From Eubacteriales bacterium (lineage in GTDB: Bacteria > Bacillota > Clostridia > Oscillospirales > CAG-272): a stretch of 64,000 nt of DNA. A program made the position numbers and the translations under genes. Below the pieces are notes generated by a model. The model was not told the origin of the DNA. It was given only the letters and a program-made list of their open reading frames with translations, and did no database searches. Below are positions 25,516 to 35,941 of the stretch, one piece after another (within the stretch, counting starts at the first letter, position 1; each line of letters starts with the position of its first letter). The stretch is from the NCBI GenBank assembly GCA_045602385.1, contig JAZSBL010000042.1, positions 1,722 to 65,721 on the forward strand, written 5' to 3'.

Positions 25516-27843
25516 CTACTCATCTAAATAAAATTCAATTTGACCTTCCCGTGGCACGAGATAATACGGTATGTACTCCGTCTCCGGCTTTTCAAAATAT
25601 CCTATCAAGGCTTCGTTGGCAAATGCTATCGCCTTGATTTGTCCCTTGCCGTCAATTCCGTATTTTTGCTTGACAGTGGGACCTCTGCCGCCGAAAATCA
25701 CGTATTTCGAATTTGAAATATAATATTCCGCTTTATCCGAAAGCGTGCTTTCGCTGTACGCTTGCGAAACATACGTGAGATTCTCCTTGCCTGTAAAAAC
25801 ACCGATAAGGTCGATCGGTACGACCGAGCGCTCGATATTATCTCTTGAATGCTCTATGACAACGTGTTCGAACATTTTAAGTCTGTCCCCGGACCTATAC
25901 ACGTATACCGACACACCGTTTTGCTCTGCAATCTGATACAGTCGCTCAAGCATATAATGCTCATCCTCGTTTAATGGATACGGCACCCATATTCCTCTTA
26001 TCTTATTTTCCGCGAATACGCGGTAGTAGGTTGAAATATGTGTGTTGGTATATCTGGTCATTATGATCGCATCTATCTCGGTAGCGCGAGATTCAAAAAC
26101 CTCTGCAAGTGCAAGACTATATGCTTTCCTGCTTCCGTTTGATACGTCGCAGATAACGACTTCCCTTTCGTCCGACAGCACAATAATGTCGGAGCTATGG
26201 GCAGTATTTATATATGTCGCATTAAGATTATCCTTATTGATGTCTTCATAGATGATCATCACGCCTGTAAACACCAGAAGGCATGCGAGAAACGGAATAA
26301 GTGAAAGAAATTGTTTTTTGTGGCGCGATGCAAATGAATATAACAATGCCGCGCCGAGTATTATCGCCATTGCCATGGCAAACGGGTAATTCAGAGAATA
26401 AACTATATCTTCAAGCTCCGACATTTTAGAGCAATAGCCGATCATCATTTTCGCCACGTTGCGCACAGCCCAAACAATAGCGTAAGACACGTAAGGAATA
26501 TTTGCAAGCGGCAACAGTATAAGCGACAGTATTATGACAGCTGACGTGGGAATTGACAAAACCAATGATGACATCACGCTTAAAACGGAGATCTCCTTGA
26601 TAAAGATGCACATAACTACGATCAAGGGGATAAGCGCAGCAAAGCAGGTGACTATTGCGGAAATTACCGAATATACAAGCTTTCGAATCTTAAGCTTCCG
26701 CCCCTTTTCGCATTTCTCCAAGCGTTTTTCAAAAAGATTGTTAAGCGCAGGCACGTATACAAGAATACCCAAGGTGGCGGAAAATGAAAGCCAGAATCCC
26801 GCATCCAGAATTGCCCCGGGAGATATTATAACTATTAAAAATCCCGCGACCGAAAGTGATGTAAGAGAATCGGGTATTCCCGACACCAAAAACGCAATAT
26901 AGACCATTAACAGCATGATCACCGATCTGGTAGCAGAGACTGAAAATCCGGTAAGCGCAAGATAAAATACCGCAAATACCGACAATATTACGATCAATAT
27001 GTTTCTGTTTTTGAACACTCGCCTTAAAAGAAACATTGCAAATCCCATTATTATGCTCATGTGCATTCCACTGAGCGCCAGTATGTGCGATGCGCCTACG
27101 CGTCTGAAATCACGCGCGGTCCGGCTTGACAGGAGCTGTTTATTGCCCAGGAGCAACGCGGAGCTTAAGCTACCCTCTTCTCCGCCGACAGATCCGGTAA
27201 GTACGTCCGAAAGGCTTTCGTTGATCCTCGGCAAGACGGTTTCATATCCCTTGCCGTCTGTATACTCTACCATCGAGAGCTGACTTGGATCATCTGAGGT
27301 AAATATTACAAATATGGATTTTGATATGGCATCTGCCCTTTCGCTGAAATTCCCGATACTCTCTTCGGGTAAACGAGTTGCGAGCGCGTTGACCAAAATC
27401 CTGTCTCCGATTCTGAGTGCGCCCGAATATTCACATTCGAGCTTAGCTTTATATTTATCTTTTTTTCCGTTTATGGCACTTACCAATATCTCATATTTTG
27501 AAGCGTAGGTGTTTTCATAATCGACTGAGTTAACGGTTGCCTCTAACATTACTTGACTATCGTACAGATCCGCATATTTTGCATAGCTTCTGTCATAATA
27601 ATTGAAGGACGATACGAGTGCGAGGGTTATCATTGCCAATGAAAGGATTAATGTTAAAAATATATTCTTCCTTTCAGCTGAACGGTATCTGAATATTGCA
27701 AGTATAAGCGAAAAAACAAATGAGAGTGCCGACAGAATAATTGCTATTATCTTGACGGTTCCACCTATAAAATATGCGGCCACAGAGCATGCAAGAAATA
27801 TCATACAGGATATAAACAGTGGTCTTTTTGAGAAAATATCCAT
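25516..27843 (-). CDS. comEC: Competence protein ComEC/Rec2
   Basis: SHILALSGMH, SVSATRS, AGFWLSFSAT; OB domain and a degenerate beta-lactamase C-terminus. Confidence 0.85.
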   Translation of the reverse strand: MDIFSKRPLFISCMIFLACSVAAYFIGGTVKIIAIILSALSFVFSLILAIFRYRSAERKNIFLTLILSLAMITLALVSSFNYYDRSYAKYADLYDSQVMLEATVNSVDYENTYASKYEILVSAINGKKDKYKAKLECEYSGALRIGDRILVNALATRLPEESIGNFSERADAISKSIFVIFTSDDPSQLSMVEYTDGKGYETVLPRINESLSDVLTGSVGGEEGSLSSALLLGNKQLLSSRTARDFRRVGASHILALSGMHMSIIMGFAMFLLRRVFKNRNILIVILSVFAVFYLALTGFSVSATRSVIMLLMVYIAFLVSGIPDSLTSLSVAGFLIVIISPGAILDAGFWLSFSATLGILVYVPALNNLFEKRLEKCEKGRKLKIRKLVYSVISAIVTCFAALIPLIVVMCIFIKEISVLSVMSSLVLSIPTSAVIILSLILLPLANIPYVSYAIVWAVRNVAKMMIGYCSKMSELEDIVYSLNYPFAMAMAIILGAALLYSFASRHKKQFLSLIPFLACLLVFTGVMIIYEDINKDNLNATYINTAHSSDIIVLSDEREVVICDVSNGSRKAYSLALAEVFESRATEIDAIIMTRYTNTHISTYYRVFAENKIRGIWVPYPLNEDEHYMLERLYQIAEQNGVSVYVYRSGDRLKMFEHVVIEHSRDNIERSVVPIDLIGVFTGKENLTYVSQAYSESTLSDKAEYYISNSKYVIFGGRGPTVKQKYGIDGKGQIKAIAFANEALIGYFEKPETEYIPYYLVPREGQIEFYLDE

Positions 27844-27916
27844 GTGCCCTTCCGCCTTCTTTTTTCGACATAATTCAGGAAAGTGAAACAAAAAATAACT
27901 TTTTCATAAAACTATA

Positions 27917-27945
27917 TTGACAAACAGCAAAAAAACGGCTATAAT
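27917..27945 (+). promoter_or_regulatory. sigmaA promoter of acpP
   Basis: Perfect TTGACA-17 bp-TATAAT. Confidence 0.8.
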
Positions 27946-27982
27946 ATCAACGTCATTAATAACTCACATGGGAGGAATAGAA

Positions 27983-28210
27983 ATGTTTGACAAGTTTAAA
28001 GAATTGCTGGTAAATGAGCTTCAGATCAAGGAGGATATGATTACTCTTGATTCCGAGCTTGCATCTGACCTTGGTATCAACTCTATCGAGCTTGCCGACC
28101 TCGTTATGATCTGCGAGGAGCAGTACGACCTTGTTATCGAGGATGACGATCTCCACGGCTTTATTACCGTAAGAGATGTTGTAAACTACCTCGAGGCAAA
28201 CTGCAACTGA
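27983..28210 (+). CDS. acpP: Acyl carrier protein
   Basis: 75 aa, acidic; DLGINSIEL with the phosphopantetheine Ser; GGAGG RBS. Confidence 0.85.
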   Translation: MFDKFKELLVNELQIKEDMITLDSELASDLGINSIELADLVMICEEQYDLVIEDDDLHGFITVRDVVNYLEANCN

Positions 28211-28274
28211 TAAGGCTCAACTTTCTTCAATACATATAAATGGCTATCCATTCTTTTGGGTAGCCTTTTATTTT

Positions 28275-29138
28275 TTAGCAAGGATAGCAAACTGCAGCAA
28301 ATGCTCCTTCGGATATTACCTTTGCCTCCGCCCTTTTGGCATTCTCCTCATTTCTGAAAATACCGAAAACAGAGGTTCCGCTTCCACTCATCATAGCCGA
28401 TACCGCGCCGTTATCCAATAAAAGTCGCTTCAGGGCTGCAACCCGGGGGCGTTCTGCCTCTACAACACTTTCGAAGATATTGAACATTCCCTTTGAATAT
28501 TCATCTATGGATATATCCGTAGCACGTGTTATTATCTCAAGCTTGTCTGTTTTGGGAACGTATTTTTTGAAATTATCATATTTTTTATCAAGCGCTTTAT
28601 AGGCATAAGGAGTTGACATTCCCTCGCCCATTCTTGCTATAACTATCGGGTAATTCGGCATAGGTACGGTCTTTTCCAGGATCTCACCCGTCCCTCTTGC
28701 GATACATGCCCCCATCTCGATACAGAACGGAACGTCTGCACCCAATTTGCCGCCAAGCTTCTTAAGCTCTTCCTTGCTCATGGGCTCATTGCACAAAGAA
28801 TTCAGCGCAACAAGAGTTGCCGCTGCATCTGCACTGCCGCCCGCCAATCCCGCGGACATGGGAATTCTCTTTTCGATCTCTATTCTTACCTTGCCGATCT
28901 TCCGCGGAAATATATCTGCGGCTTTATAGACAAGATTGCTTTTATCACAGGGTACGTCAAGGTTATCACAAAAGACAGAGATCTCTTTTTCTTCCGATTC
29001 CTCGCGCTCTACGCGCACAGTATCGTGAAGCGTAACACTCTGCATATGACTTATTATATTATGGTATCCGTCGGGTCTCAGCGACTCTATATCCAAAAAC
29101 AGATTGATCTTTGCATGCGCGTTTACCGAAATTTTCAT
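28275..29138 (-). CDS. ispE: 4-diphosphocytidyl-2C-methyl-D-erythritol kinase
   Basis: AKINL.L, KRIPMSAGLAGGSADAA, GADVPFC, MSGSG. Confidence 0.93.
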   Translation of the reverse strand: MKISVNAHAKINLFLDIESLRPDGYHNIISHMQSVTLHDTVRVEREESEEKEISVFCDNLDVPCDKSNLVYKAADIFPRKIGKVRIEIEKRIPMSAGLAGGSADAAATLVALNSLCNEPMSKEELKKLGGKLGADVPFCIEMGACIARGTGEILEKTVPMPNYPIVIARMGEGMSTPYAYKALDKKYDNFKKYVPKTDKLEIITRATDISIDEYSKGMFNIFESVVEAERPRVAALKRLLLDNGAVSAMMSGSGTSVFGIFRNEENAKRAEAKVISEGAFAAVCYPC

Positions 29139-29249
29139 CTTTTCTCCTTAAAACGACATAAATTACCCTTTTATTATACAAGATATATGTTATTATTTTA
29201 TGAATATTCGAATTTTTTTAAAATTTTGTTTGAATGGAATGCTTTTCTC

Positions 29250-29278
29250 TTGACTTGTCGTTAAAAAAATATTATAAT
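29250..29278 (+). promoter_or_regulatory. sigmaA promoter
   Basis: TTGACT-17 bp-TATAAT. Confidence 0.7.
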
Positions 29279-29320
29279 ATATGGGTAGATTTAATAATAT
29301 AATGCAACAAGGAGATAAAA

Positions 29321-29575
29321 ATGACACAGATTTCTTATAAGACACGCGGCGTTTGCTCACGTCAGATAGACCTCGAAATTGAGAACGACGTTATTGTCGG
29401 CGCGAGGTTCATCGGCGGTTGCTCAGGCAACACTCAGGGCGTTGCGGCTCTCGTTATCGGAATGACTGTAGATGAGGCTATCAAGCGTCTTCGCGGCATC
29501 AAATGCGGCCCCAAGGCTACCTCCTGCCCCGACCAGCTTGCCATCGCCCTTGAGGAATATAACTCACAAAAGTAA
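29321..29575 (+). CDS. TIGR03905 TSCPD-domain protein
   Basis: GVCS, GGCSGN, GIKCG..TSCPDQLA. Confidence 0.9.
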   Translation: MTQISYKTRGVCSRQIDLEIENDVIVGARFIGGCSGNTQGVAALVIGMTVDEAIKRLRGIKCGPKATSCPDQLAIALEEYNSQK

Positions 29576-29601
29576 TTTAATTGGAAGAAGGTACCGTATA
29601 G

Positions 29602-31317
29602 ATGAAATTTTATCTTGAAAACTATCAAAGATGGCTCTCTTGCCCCATCCTCACCCACGAGGAAAAGGCAGAGCTTGAATCTATCAAAAACGATGATGAT
29701 GAGATAAAAATACGCTTCTCCTCCGGCCTGACCTTTGGAACAGCGGGACTCCGCGGCACAATGAAGGTTGGCATGAATGCGATGAACGTATACACTGTCG
29801 CGCAGGCGACACAGGGACTGGCTAACCTCATCGTTAAGGAAAACAGAGCGGCTGACGGCGTTGTTATCGCATACGACTCCAGAAACAACTCCGAGCTTTT
29901 CGCAAAGGTTTCCGCAGAGGTTTTGGCAGCCGCCGATATTCCCGCATATATTTTCGACGAGCTTCGCCCCACCCCTGAGCTTTCCTTTGCTATCCGTGAG
30001 CTTGGCTGCGTTGCGGGAATAAATATTACCGCATCTCACAATCCCAAGCAGTACAACGGCTACAAGGCATACTGGGAGGACGGCGCACAGCTCCCGCCCG
30101 AGCATGCAAACACCGTATATGCGGAGATATGCAAGACCGATATATTCAATGACGTCAACAGACTTAACTTTGATGAAGCCGTAAAGAGCGGAAAGATCAC
30201 GATAGTTGGCAAAGAGCTTGACGAAAAATACCTCTCAAAGGTTGAAGAGCAGCTTGTCAACCCTAATGCGGTAAAGGCTGTTGCAGAAGATCTTAAGATA
30301 GTATATACACCTCTCCACGGCACGGGCCACAAGCTTGTTCCCGAGATCCTCAAGAGAATCGGCCTTAAGCATCTTTACCGTGTGGATGAGCAGTTCGTTA
30401 TTGACGGAAACTTCCCCACGGTTGAAAAGCCTAATCCCGAATATGCGGACGTATTCAAGCTTGGAATTAAGATTGCAAATGAGGTTGGAAGCAGCCTTGT
30501 TATAGCAACAGACCCCGACGCGGACCGTGTTGGAGTTATGGCAAGAACAAAGAGCGGTGAGTTCCGCACTATTACGGGCAACCAGATGGGCGCGCTTTTG
30601 CTTGACTACATCATTACCGCGTACGAGGAGACGGATACTATGCCTCCCATGCCTTATGCGGTAAAGTCACTTGTATCCACAGAGCTTGCTACCAAGATCT
30701 GCGCGGCGCACAACGTGGAAATGTTCAACGTTCTCACCGGCTTCAAGTTTATCGGTGAGGTTATCAAGAACCACGAGGCGAGCGGCGAGGGCACATATAT
30801 ATTTGGTTTTGAGGAGAGCTACGGCTACCTCAAGGGCACGTACGCAAGAGATAAGGATGCGGTTGTTGCCGCAATGCTTATCTGCGAGATGACTGCTTAC
30901 TACCACGCTAAGGGCATGACGCTTTGCGACGCGCTTGACGGTCTTTTTGAAAGATACGGCTTCTGCAAGGAATTCAACGTTGAAATTTACATGGAAGGTG
31001 TAGACGGCCCTGCTAAAATGGCGGCACTTATGGACGGAATGCGCTCCAACACCCCCAGTGAGCTTGGCGGCGTTAAGGTTGTTACCTTTGGTGATTATCA
31101 GGCACAGACATTCCTTGATGTTGCAAGCAAAGACAAGGTCTCCACGGGACTTCCCAAATCAAACATGCTCTGCTTCAAGCTTGAAAACGGAGACGTTGTA
31201 ATTGCTCGTCCCTCGGGAACAGAGCCCAAGGTCAAGTTCTACTTCCTTGTTATCGCAAAGGACGGCAACGAGGCGGATGCAAGAATTACAGCATACAGAA
31301 AAACACTTAACGTATAA
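29602..31317 (+). CDS. pgm: Phosphoglucomutase/phosphomannomutase
   Basis: FGTAGLRG, TASHNP, DPDADR, FEESYG, RPSGTEPK. Confidence 0.92.
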   Translation: MKFYLENYQRWLSCPILTHEEKAELESIKNDDDEIKIRFSSGLTFGTAGLRGTMKVGMNAMNVYTVAQATQGLANLIVKENRAADGVVIAYDSRNNSELFAKVSAEVLAAADIPAYIFDELRPTPELSFAIRELGCVAGINITASHNPKQYNGYKAYWEDGAQLPPEHANTVYAEICKTDIFNDVNRLNFDEAVKSGKITIVGKELDEKYLSKVEEQLVNPNAVKAVAEDLKIVYTPLHGTGHKLVPEILKRIGLKHLYRVDEQFVIDGNFPTVEKPNPEYADVFKLGIKIANEVGSSLVIATDPDADRVGVMARTKSGEFRTITGNQMGALLLDYIITAYEETDTMPPMPYAVKSLVSTELATKICAAHNVEMFNVLTGFKFIGEVIKNHEASGEGTYIFGFEESYGYLKGTYARDKDAVVAAMLICEMTAYYHAKGMTLCDALDGLFERYGFCKEFNVEIYMEGVDGPAKMAALMDGMRSNTPSELGGVKVVTFGDYQAQTFLDVASKDKVSTGLPKSNMLCFKLENGDVVIARPSGTEPKVKFYFLVIAKDGNEADARITAYRKTLNV

Positions 31318-31320
31318 ATT

Positions 31321-31351
31321 AAAAAATGCTTGGCAATGCCAAGCATTTTTT
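31321..31351. terminator. Bidirectional terminator
   Basis: AAAAAATGCTTGGC/GCCAAGCATTTTTT. Confidence 0.8.
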
Positions 31352-34300
31352 ATTTTAATACTACGTTCTCTTCTCCAAGTATTTTCTCAAGAGAATTTAC
31401 TACATATTCGGAGTAGTTCATTTTCTCGCTATACTCCTGATATTTCTTGGTAGACATATCGTAGAATATAACCTTGACCGTTCCCTCGTTGAAAATATCG
31501 ACGAGATTTTTCGCCTTTAAGAATTTTTCGTTCTGCATATTTTCAACCCTAAGATATGCCTTGGTAGGTATAGACGAAATTTCTGCAGCCTTACTTGTCA
31601 CAGGTCTTGCGGGGGCTTTTTTCTCCTCGGCCTGCGACTTTTCTGCATTGACCGACATTGCGTACATTGAAAGATACATTGAGAGGGGTGAGAGCGGGCT
31701 TGCCGCTGCAGCGCTTTGTTTATTTTCTTCCTCGGCTTGCGTTTTCAACGCATCTTTTCCGTTTTGCGCCTTTGATCCCTGATATGACTCGTTTTCAACA
31801 AGAGGAGCGAGTGAGTTGAGAATTATCTTTGGCTGTTCCTCTTCCCTTAGCGAAACAGTTCCCTCTACGTATATCGCATTGTCCAGGAATATCTCTGTCC
31901 CATGCTCCTTAAATGTCTTGGAAAAGCAGATGCACTCTATCTCGCCGTGTCTGTCCTCAAGCTTAAAGAACGCCATCTGCTCATTATTACGGGTAGTCTT
32001 AACGGTAACAGAGGTAATTATTCCTACGATGGCGACCTTGTCTCTGTCAGAATAGAGATAGCCTCCGTCAACATCCTTTTCAGAGATCTCCGAGATCGCG
32101 ATATGTGATACATCAGACACATGCTCTCCGAACGTATCGAGCATATGTCCCGAAAAATACATTCCAGAAGCTTCCTTTTCTAAGGTAAGCTTCTTTTTGA
32201 TGCTGAGGTCGGGGATATCGGGATAATCGTATTCGGGTGCTTCAACGCTACCGATAGCAAACATATCCATCTGTCCTGCCGGGTTATCCTTGCTCTTACG
32301 CATCACGTTGTCCACGATAGTCATATAGGACGCCAACAGCTGGGAACGGTATTTGCCGAGGTTATCAAACGCACCGCATTTGATAAGCGCCTCAACCTGA
32401 CGCTTATTAAGGTCGGATATTGCGCTCATTCTCTCGACGAAATTGTCAAAAGAGGTAAATCTGCCGTTGAAGCTACGCTCCTTTATTATAGACTCAATAA
32501 ATGACTTGCCTACGTTCTTAAGGGCAAGCAGTCCAAAGCGGATATTTCCGTCCTCTCTATCCGCGCTGAAATTCACTCGGCTTGAGTTTATATCAGGTGG
32601 TAGGACCGAAATACCAAATTTCGAGCATTCGTTAATATACTCTGCAACCTTGCCCTGGTTGCCCAAAACGCTTGTCAAGAGAGCTGACATATACGCCCCG
32701 GTATGGTGTGCCTTGAGATATGCCGTACGGTATGAAATTACCGCATACGCCGCCGCGTGCGCTTTATTAAAAGCATAATTCGCAAAGCTTGACATATCGT
32801 CAAAGAGCTTTTCCGCCTTATCTCCGTCAATTCCGTTTGCCTCTGCGCCCTTTATAAATGCCTCACGCTCTGATTCAAGCACGTCCGCCTTCTTTTTTGA
32901 CATTGCTCTGCGAACGATATCCGCATGTCCGAAGGTATATCCCGCAATAGTACGGAATATACTCATTACCTGCTCTTGATACACGGTACATCCATATGTG
33001 TTCTTCAATATCGGCTCAAGCTCCGGAATATCGTATTTTATCTTTGACCGGTCGTGTCTGCACTCAATAAAGCGCGGTATGGAATCCATAGGGCCGGGGC
33101 GGTACAGCGCGATAACCGAGATAACGTCCTCGAGGCTTTCCGGCTTCAGTCCCTGAAGAACCTGTCTTATACCGTCCGATTCAAGCTGAAAGAGTCCCAG
33201 AGCCTCTCCGCGAGATATAAGCTCAAAGGTCTTTTTGTCATCAAGCGGTATCTTCTCTATGTCGAAATCGGGATATTCTTCCCTGATTTCCTTTTCCGCA
33301 TCGCTTATGATAGTAAGATAACGGAGTGCCAAAAAGTCGAACTTCAAAAGTCCGAGATCCGCAATGGTATCCATATCAAACTGTGTGACAAGTGTGCTAT
33401 TGCTGATTGAAAGCGGAACGTAGTCACTTATAGGCTTGTCCGTAATGACAACACCTGCCGCATGAACCGAAATGTTCCTTGGCATACCCTCAAGTGAGAT
33501 CGCGGTATCTATTAGCTTTCTGTTTTGCTCCGATGCTTCATAGAGAGCCTTAAGCTCCTTAAAGCGCAAGGCGTTTTTGAGAGTGATGCCAAGCTCGTTT
33601 GGTATCGCCTTCGCTACCACGTCAACGTCGGCGTACGACATTCCCATAACGCGACCGCAATCACGAATAGCTGCCTTTGCGGCAAGCGTGCCGAATGTGA
33701 TTATTTGCGAAACGTGATCGCGCCCGTATTTATCAACTACATAATCTATAACCTCGTCGCGTCTGTTATAGCAGAAGTCCATATCGATATCGGGCATGCT
33801 AACGCGCTCCGGGTTGAGAAATCGCTCAAACAGGAGATCGAATTTTATTGAATCTATTTCGGTGATACCAAGCAGATACGCGACAAGGCTTCCCGCTCCC
33901 GATCCACGCCCCGGTCCTACGGGTATGCCTGCCCTCTTTGCAAACATAACATAATCCTGTACTATAAGGAAGTAGTCTGCATAGCCCATGGAATTGATAA
34001 CGGAAAGCTCGTACTCTATTCTGTCAAGATACGCCTTTTCGTTGTTATTTTCATTATCTCCGTAGATGATTTGCTTAGATCCAAGGCGGCGGTCAAGTCC
34101 GTCAAAGGTGAGCCTGCGAAGATATTCCTCAGCTCCCATTCCATTGGGACACGGAAACTTAGGAAGGTTGACCTTGCCGAATTCAAGCTCAAGATTGCAC
34201 TCATCGGCAATCTTGACCGTGTTCTCAATAGCCCCCTTATAAGCGCCGTAGATGCGCTTCATCTCGTCGGTCGTCTTGATATAATAATCGTCTGTATCAA

Positions 34301-35009
34301 ATGACGGCTTATTGGGGCTGTCAAGATTTGTATTGGTCTGTATGCACATGAGTATCTCTTGCATTTCAGAGTCACGCTTGCGCAGATAGTGGCAGTCGTT
34401 GGTCGCTACCATGGGTAATCCGCATTCCTCCGCTATTCTGACAAGATCAGGGAGTATCTCCTGTGTATTGGGAGTGCCGTGATCCTGAAGCTCTATATAG
34501 AAGCTATCCTTGCCAAAAATGCTTGAATACTCCATTGCTGTCCTTTTGGCGCCCTCGTAATCACCCGCAGACAAGAGCCTCGGAATCTTTCCGGAAAGGC
34601 ATGCGGACAGAGCGATAAGTCCCTCGGAGTGTTGCTTTAAAAGCTCCTCATCTACACGTGGCTTTGAGTAAAAGCCCTCTGTAAATCCCTTTGACACCAA
34701 ACGGATAAGATTCTTATATCCTGTCATGTTCTTGCAAAGCAGAACGAGGTGATAATAGGAATCGGTATTGCTTCTCTTGTCAAATCTGGATGCGGTGGAT
34801 ACGTAGACCTCACAGCCGATTATCGGCTTTATGCCGTTCTTTTTACAGGTCTTATAAAACTCGACAACTCCGTACATGTTACCGTGGTCTGTAATGGCAA
34901 CGGCATTCTGACCGCACTCCTTAAGCCTTGCGGGTATCTCCGATATACGGCACGCGCCGTCAAGCAAACTATATTCTGTATGCAGATGCAAATGTACAAA
35001 TTCTCCCAT
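31350..35009 (-). CDS. dnaE: DNA polymerase III alpha subunit
   Basis: HLHLHTEYSLLDG, GPGRGSGAGS, MPDIDMD, FANYAFNKAH, OB fold. Confidence 0.96.
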   Translation of the reverse strand: MGEFVHLHLHTEYSLLDGACRISEIPARLKECGQNAVAITDHGNMYGVVEFYKTCKKNGIKPIIGCEVYVSTASRFDKRSNTDSYYHLVLLCKNMTGYKNLIRLVSKGFTEGFYSKPRVDEELLKQHSEGLIALSACLSGKIPRLLSAGDYEGAKRTAMEYSSIFGKDSFYIELQDHGTPNTQEILPDLVRIAEECGLPMVATNDCHYLRKRDSEMQEILMCIQTNTNLDSPNKPSFDTDDYYIKTTDEMKRIYGAYKGAIENTVKIADECNLELEFGKVNLPKFPCPNGMGAEEYLRRLTFDGLDRRLGSKQIIYGDNENNNEKAYLDRIEYELSVINSMGYADYFLIVQDYVMFAKRAGIPVGPGRGSGAGSLVAYLLGITEIDSIKFDLLFERFLNPERVSMPDIDMDFCYNRRDEVIDYVVDKYGRDHVSQIITFGTLAAKAAIRDCGRVMGMSYADVDVVAKAIPNELGITLKNALRFKELKALYEASEQNRKLIDTAISLEGMPRNISVHAAGVVITDKPISDYVPLSISNSTLVTQFDMDTIADLGLLKFDFLALRYLTIISDAEKEIREEYPDFDIEKIPLDDKKTFELISRGEALGLFQLESDGIRQVLQGLKPESLEDVISVIALYRPGPMDSIPRFIECRHDRSKIKYDIPELEPILKNTYGCTVYQEQVMSIFRTIAGYTFGHADIVRRAMSKKKADVLESEREAFIKGAEANGIDGDKAEKLFDDMSSFANYAFNKAHAAAYAVISYRTAYLKAHHTGAYMSALLTSVLGNQGKVAEYINECSKFGISVLPPDINSSRVNFSADREDGNIRFGLLALKNVGKSFIESIIKERSFNGRFTSFDNFVERMSAISDLNKRQVEALIKCGAFDNLGKYRSQLLASYMTIVDNVMRKSKDNPAGQMDMFAIGSVEAPEYDYPDIPDLSIKKKLTLEKEASGMYFSGHMLDTFGEHVSDVSHIAISEISEKDVDGGYLYSDRDKVAIVGIITSVTVKTTRNNEQMAFFKLEDRHGEIECICFSKTFKEHGTEIFLDNAIYVEGTVSLREEEQPKIILNSLAPLVENESYQGSKAQNGKDALKTQAEEENKQSAAAASPLSPLSMYLSMYAMSVNAEKSQAEEKKAPARPVTSKAAEISSIPTKAYLRVENMQNEKFLKAKNLVDIFNEGTVKVIFYDMSTKKYQEYSEKMNYSEYVVNSLEKILGEENVVLK

Positions 35010-35027
35010 AACGGCGCCTCCTTTTCT

Positions 35028-35927
35028 TTAAATTAATTTTCTCTTTTTTGCTTCCTCGACTATTCTTATAAGTCGGTGATTCACTCCCGATTTGGATATC
35101 GGCGGGGTGTGGAGGGCAGCAAGCTCTCCTATATTCACGTCCGGGTTTTCTAACCGCAGCTTTGCGGTTATTTGAAGCTCGCGCGGCATATCGTCAAGCA
35201 CCTTTGATGACACGAGGGACTCTATCGCGGAAATGTGCACCGCCGCCGCGGCAACAGTTTTCATTATATTTCTCGCATCACAATTCGTTGCCCTGTTCTC
35301 CTCATTTCTGACGTTTTTTTCTATCAAGACGTCATAGAAAGAGAAAAGCGACTTGCTTCCGCCACACGCGGTAATAAAGTCCTCTATTGAGGATTCGTTT
35401 CTGTAAAACAGTCCGATAGCTCCCTTGCGATGGGTTATTGACGGTGGTGTTATTCCCCATTCCGCTATTACGTTATTTAAAAGCACTGCTCTGTTTTCGC
35501 TTGGCAAGCGAAGCTCCATAGTATAGCATTTCTGCGGGTCACTTACGCTACCCGACGAGCAAAATGCGCCTCTTACAAAAGCAGAGCGACAATGCTGACA
35601 TGTGAAAAAACCTTCAGGTGATACACCGTCATGATAGTTGTCCGCAAAGGTCAGAAATTCAGCTATTTTCTTGGATCTGAATTCAAGCGCGGTGCACTCA
35701 AAGCATCCTCTTTTTATTTTATTGACGGTCGCGCCGCATTTATATATAGAGTCTAACAGAAATATAATCTTTTCCGCCGTTGTCTCATCCGAAAGCTTGA
35801 CGGATATTATGTTGTTTTCATCATGCTCCGCGGAGATCAGTGCGCCAAAAAGAAAGGCCTTCTTACAGCAGTTGCTTTTTATCTGCAATGCATTGAGCTC
35901 TTCCTTTACTTGTTTGGAAAAAGACAT
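35028..35927 (-). CDS. whiA: DNA-binding protein WhiA
   Basis: MSFS..VK.EL, RGAFCSSGSVSDP, NRATNCD..N, SKSGVNHR. Confidence 0.9.
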   Translation of the reverse strand: MSFSKQVKEELNALQIKSNCCKKAFLFGALISAEHDENNIISVKLSDETTAEKIIFLLDSIYKCGATVNKIKRGCFECTALEFRSKKIAEFLTFADNYHDGVSPEGFFTCQHCRSAFVRGAFCSSGSVSDPQKCYTMELRLPSENRAVLLNNVIAEWGITPPSITHRKGAIGLFYRNESSIEDFITACGGSKSLFSFYDVLIEKNVRNEENRATNCDARNIMKTVAAAAVHISAIESLVSSKVLDDMPRELQITAKLRLENPDVNIGELAALHTPPISKSGVNHRLIRIVEEAKKRKLI

Positions 35928-35941
35928 ATTTTTTATCCTTT

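Noticed and set aside
27917-27982. N-terminal extension of ACP given in the ORF track
   Set aside because: The TTG start is the -35 box; the RBS supports ATG 27983
31350-35009. Intein or frameshift in dnaE
   Set aside because: Continuous ORF with no splice-junction or homing-endonuclease motifs
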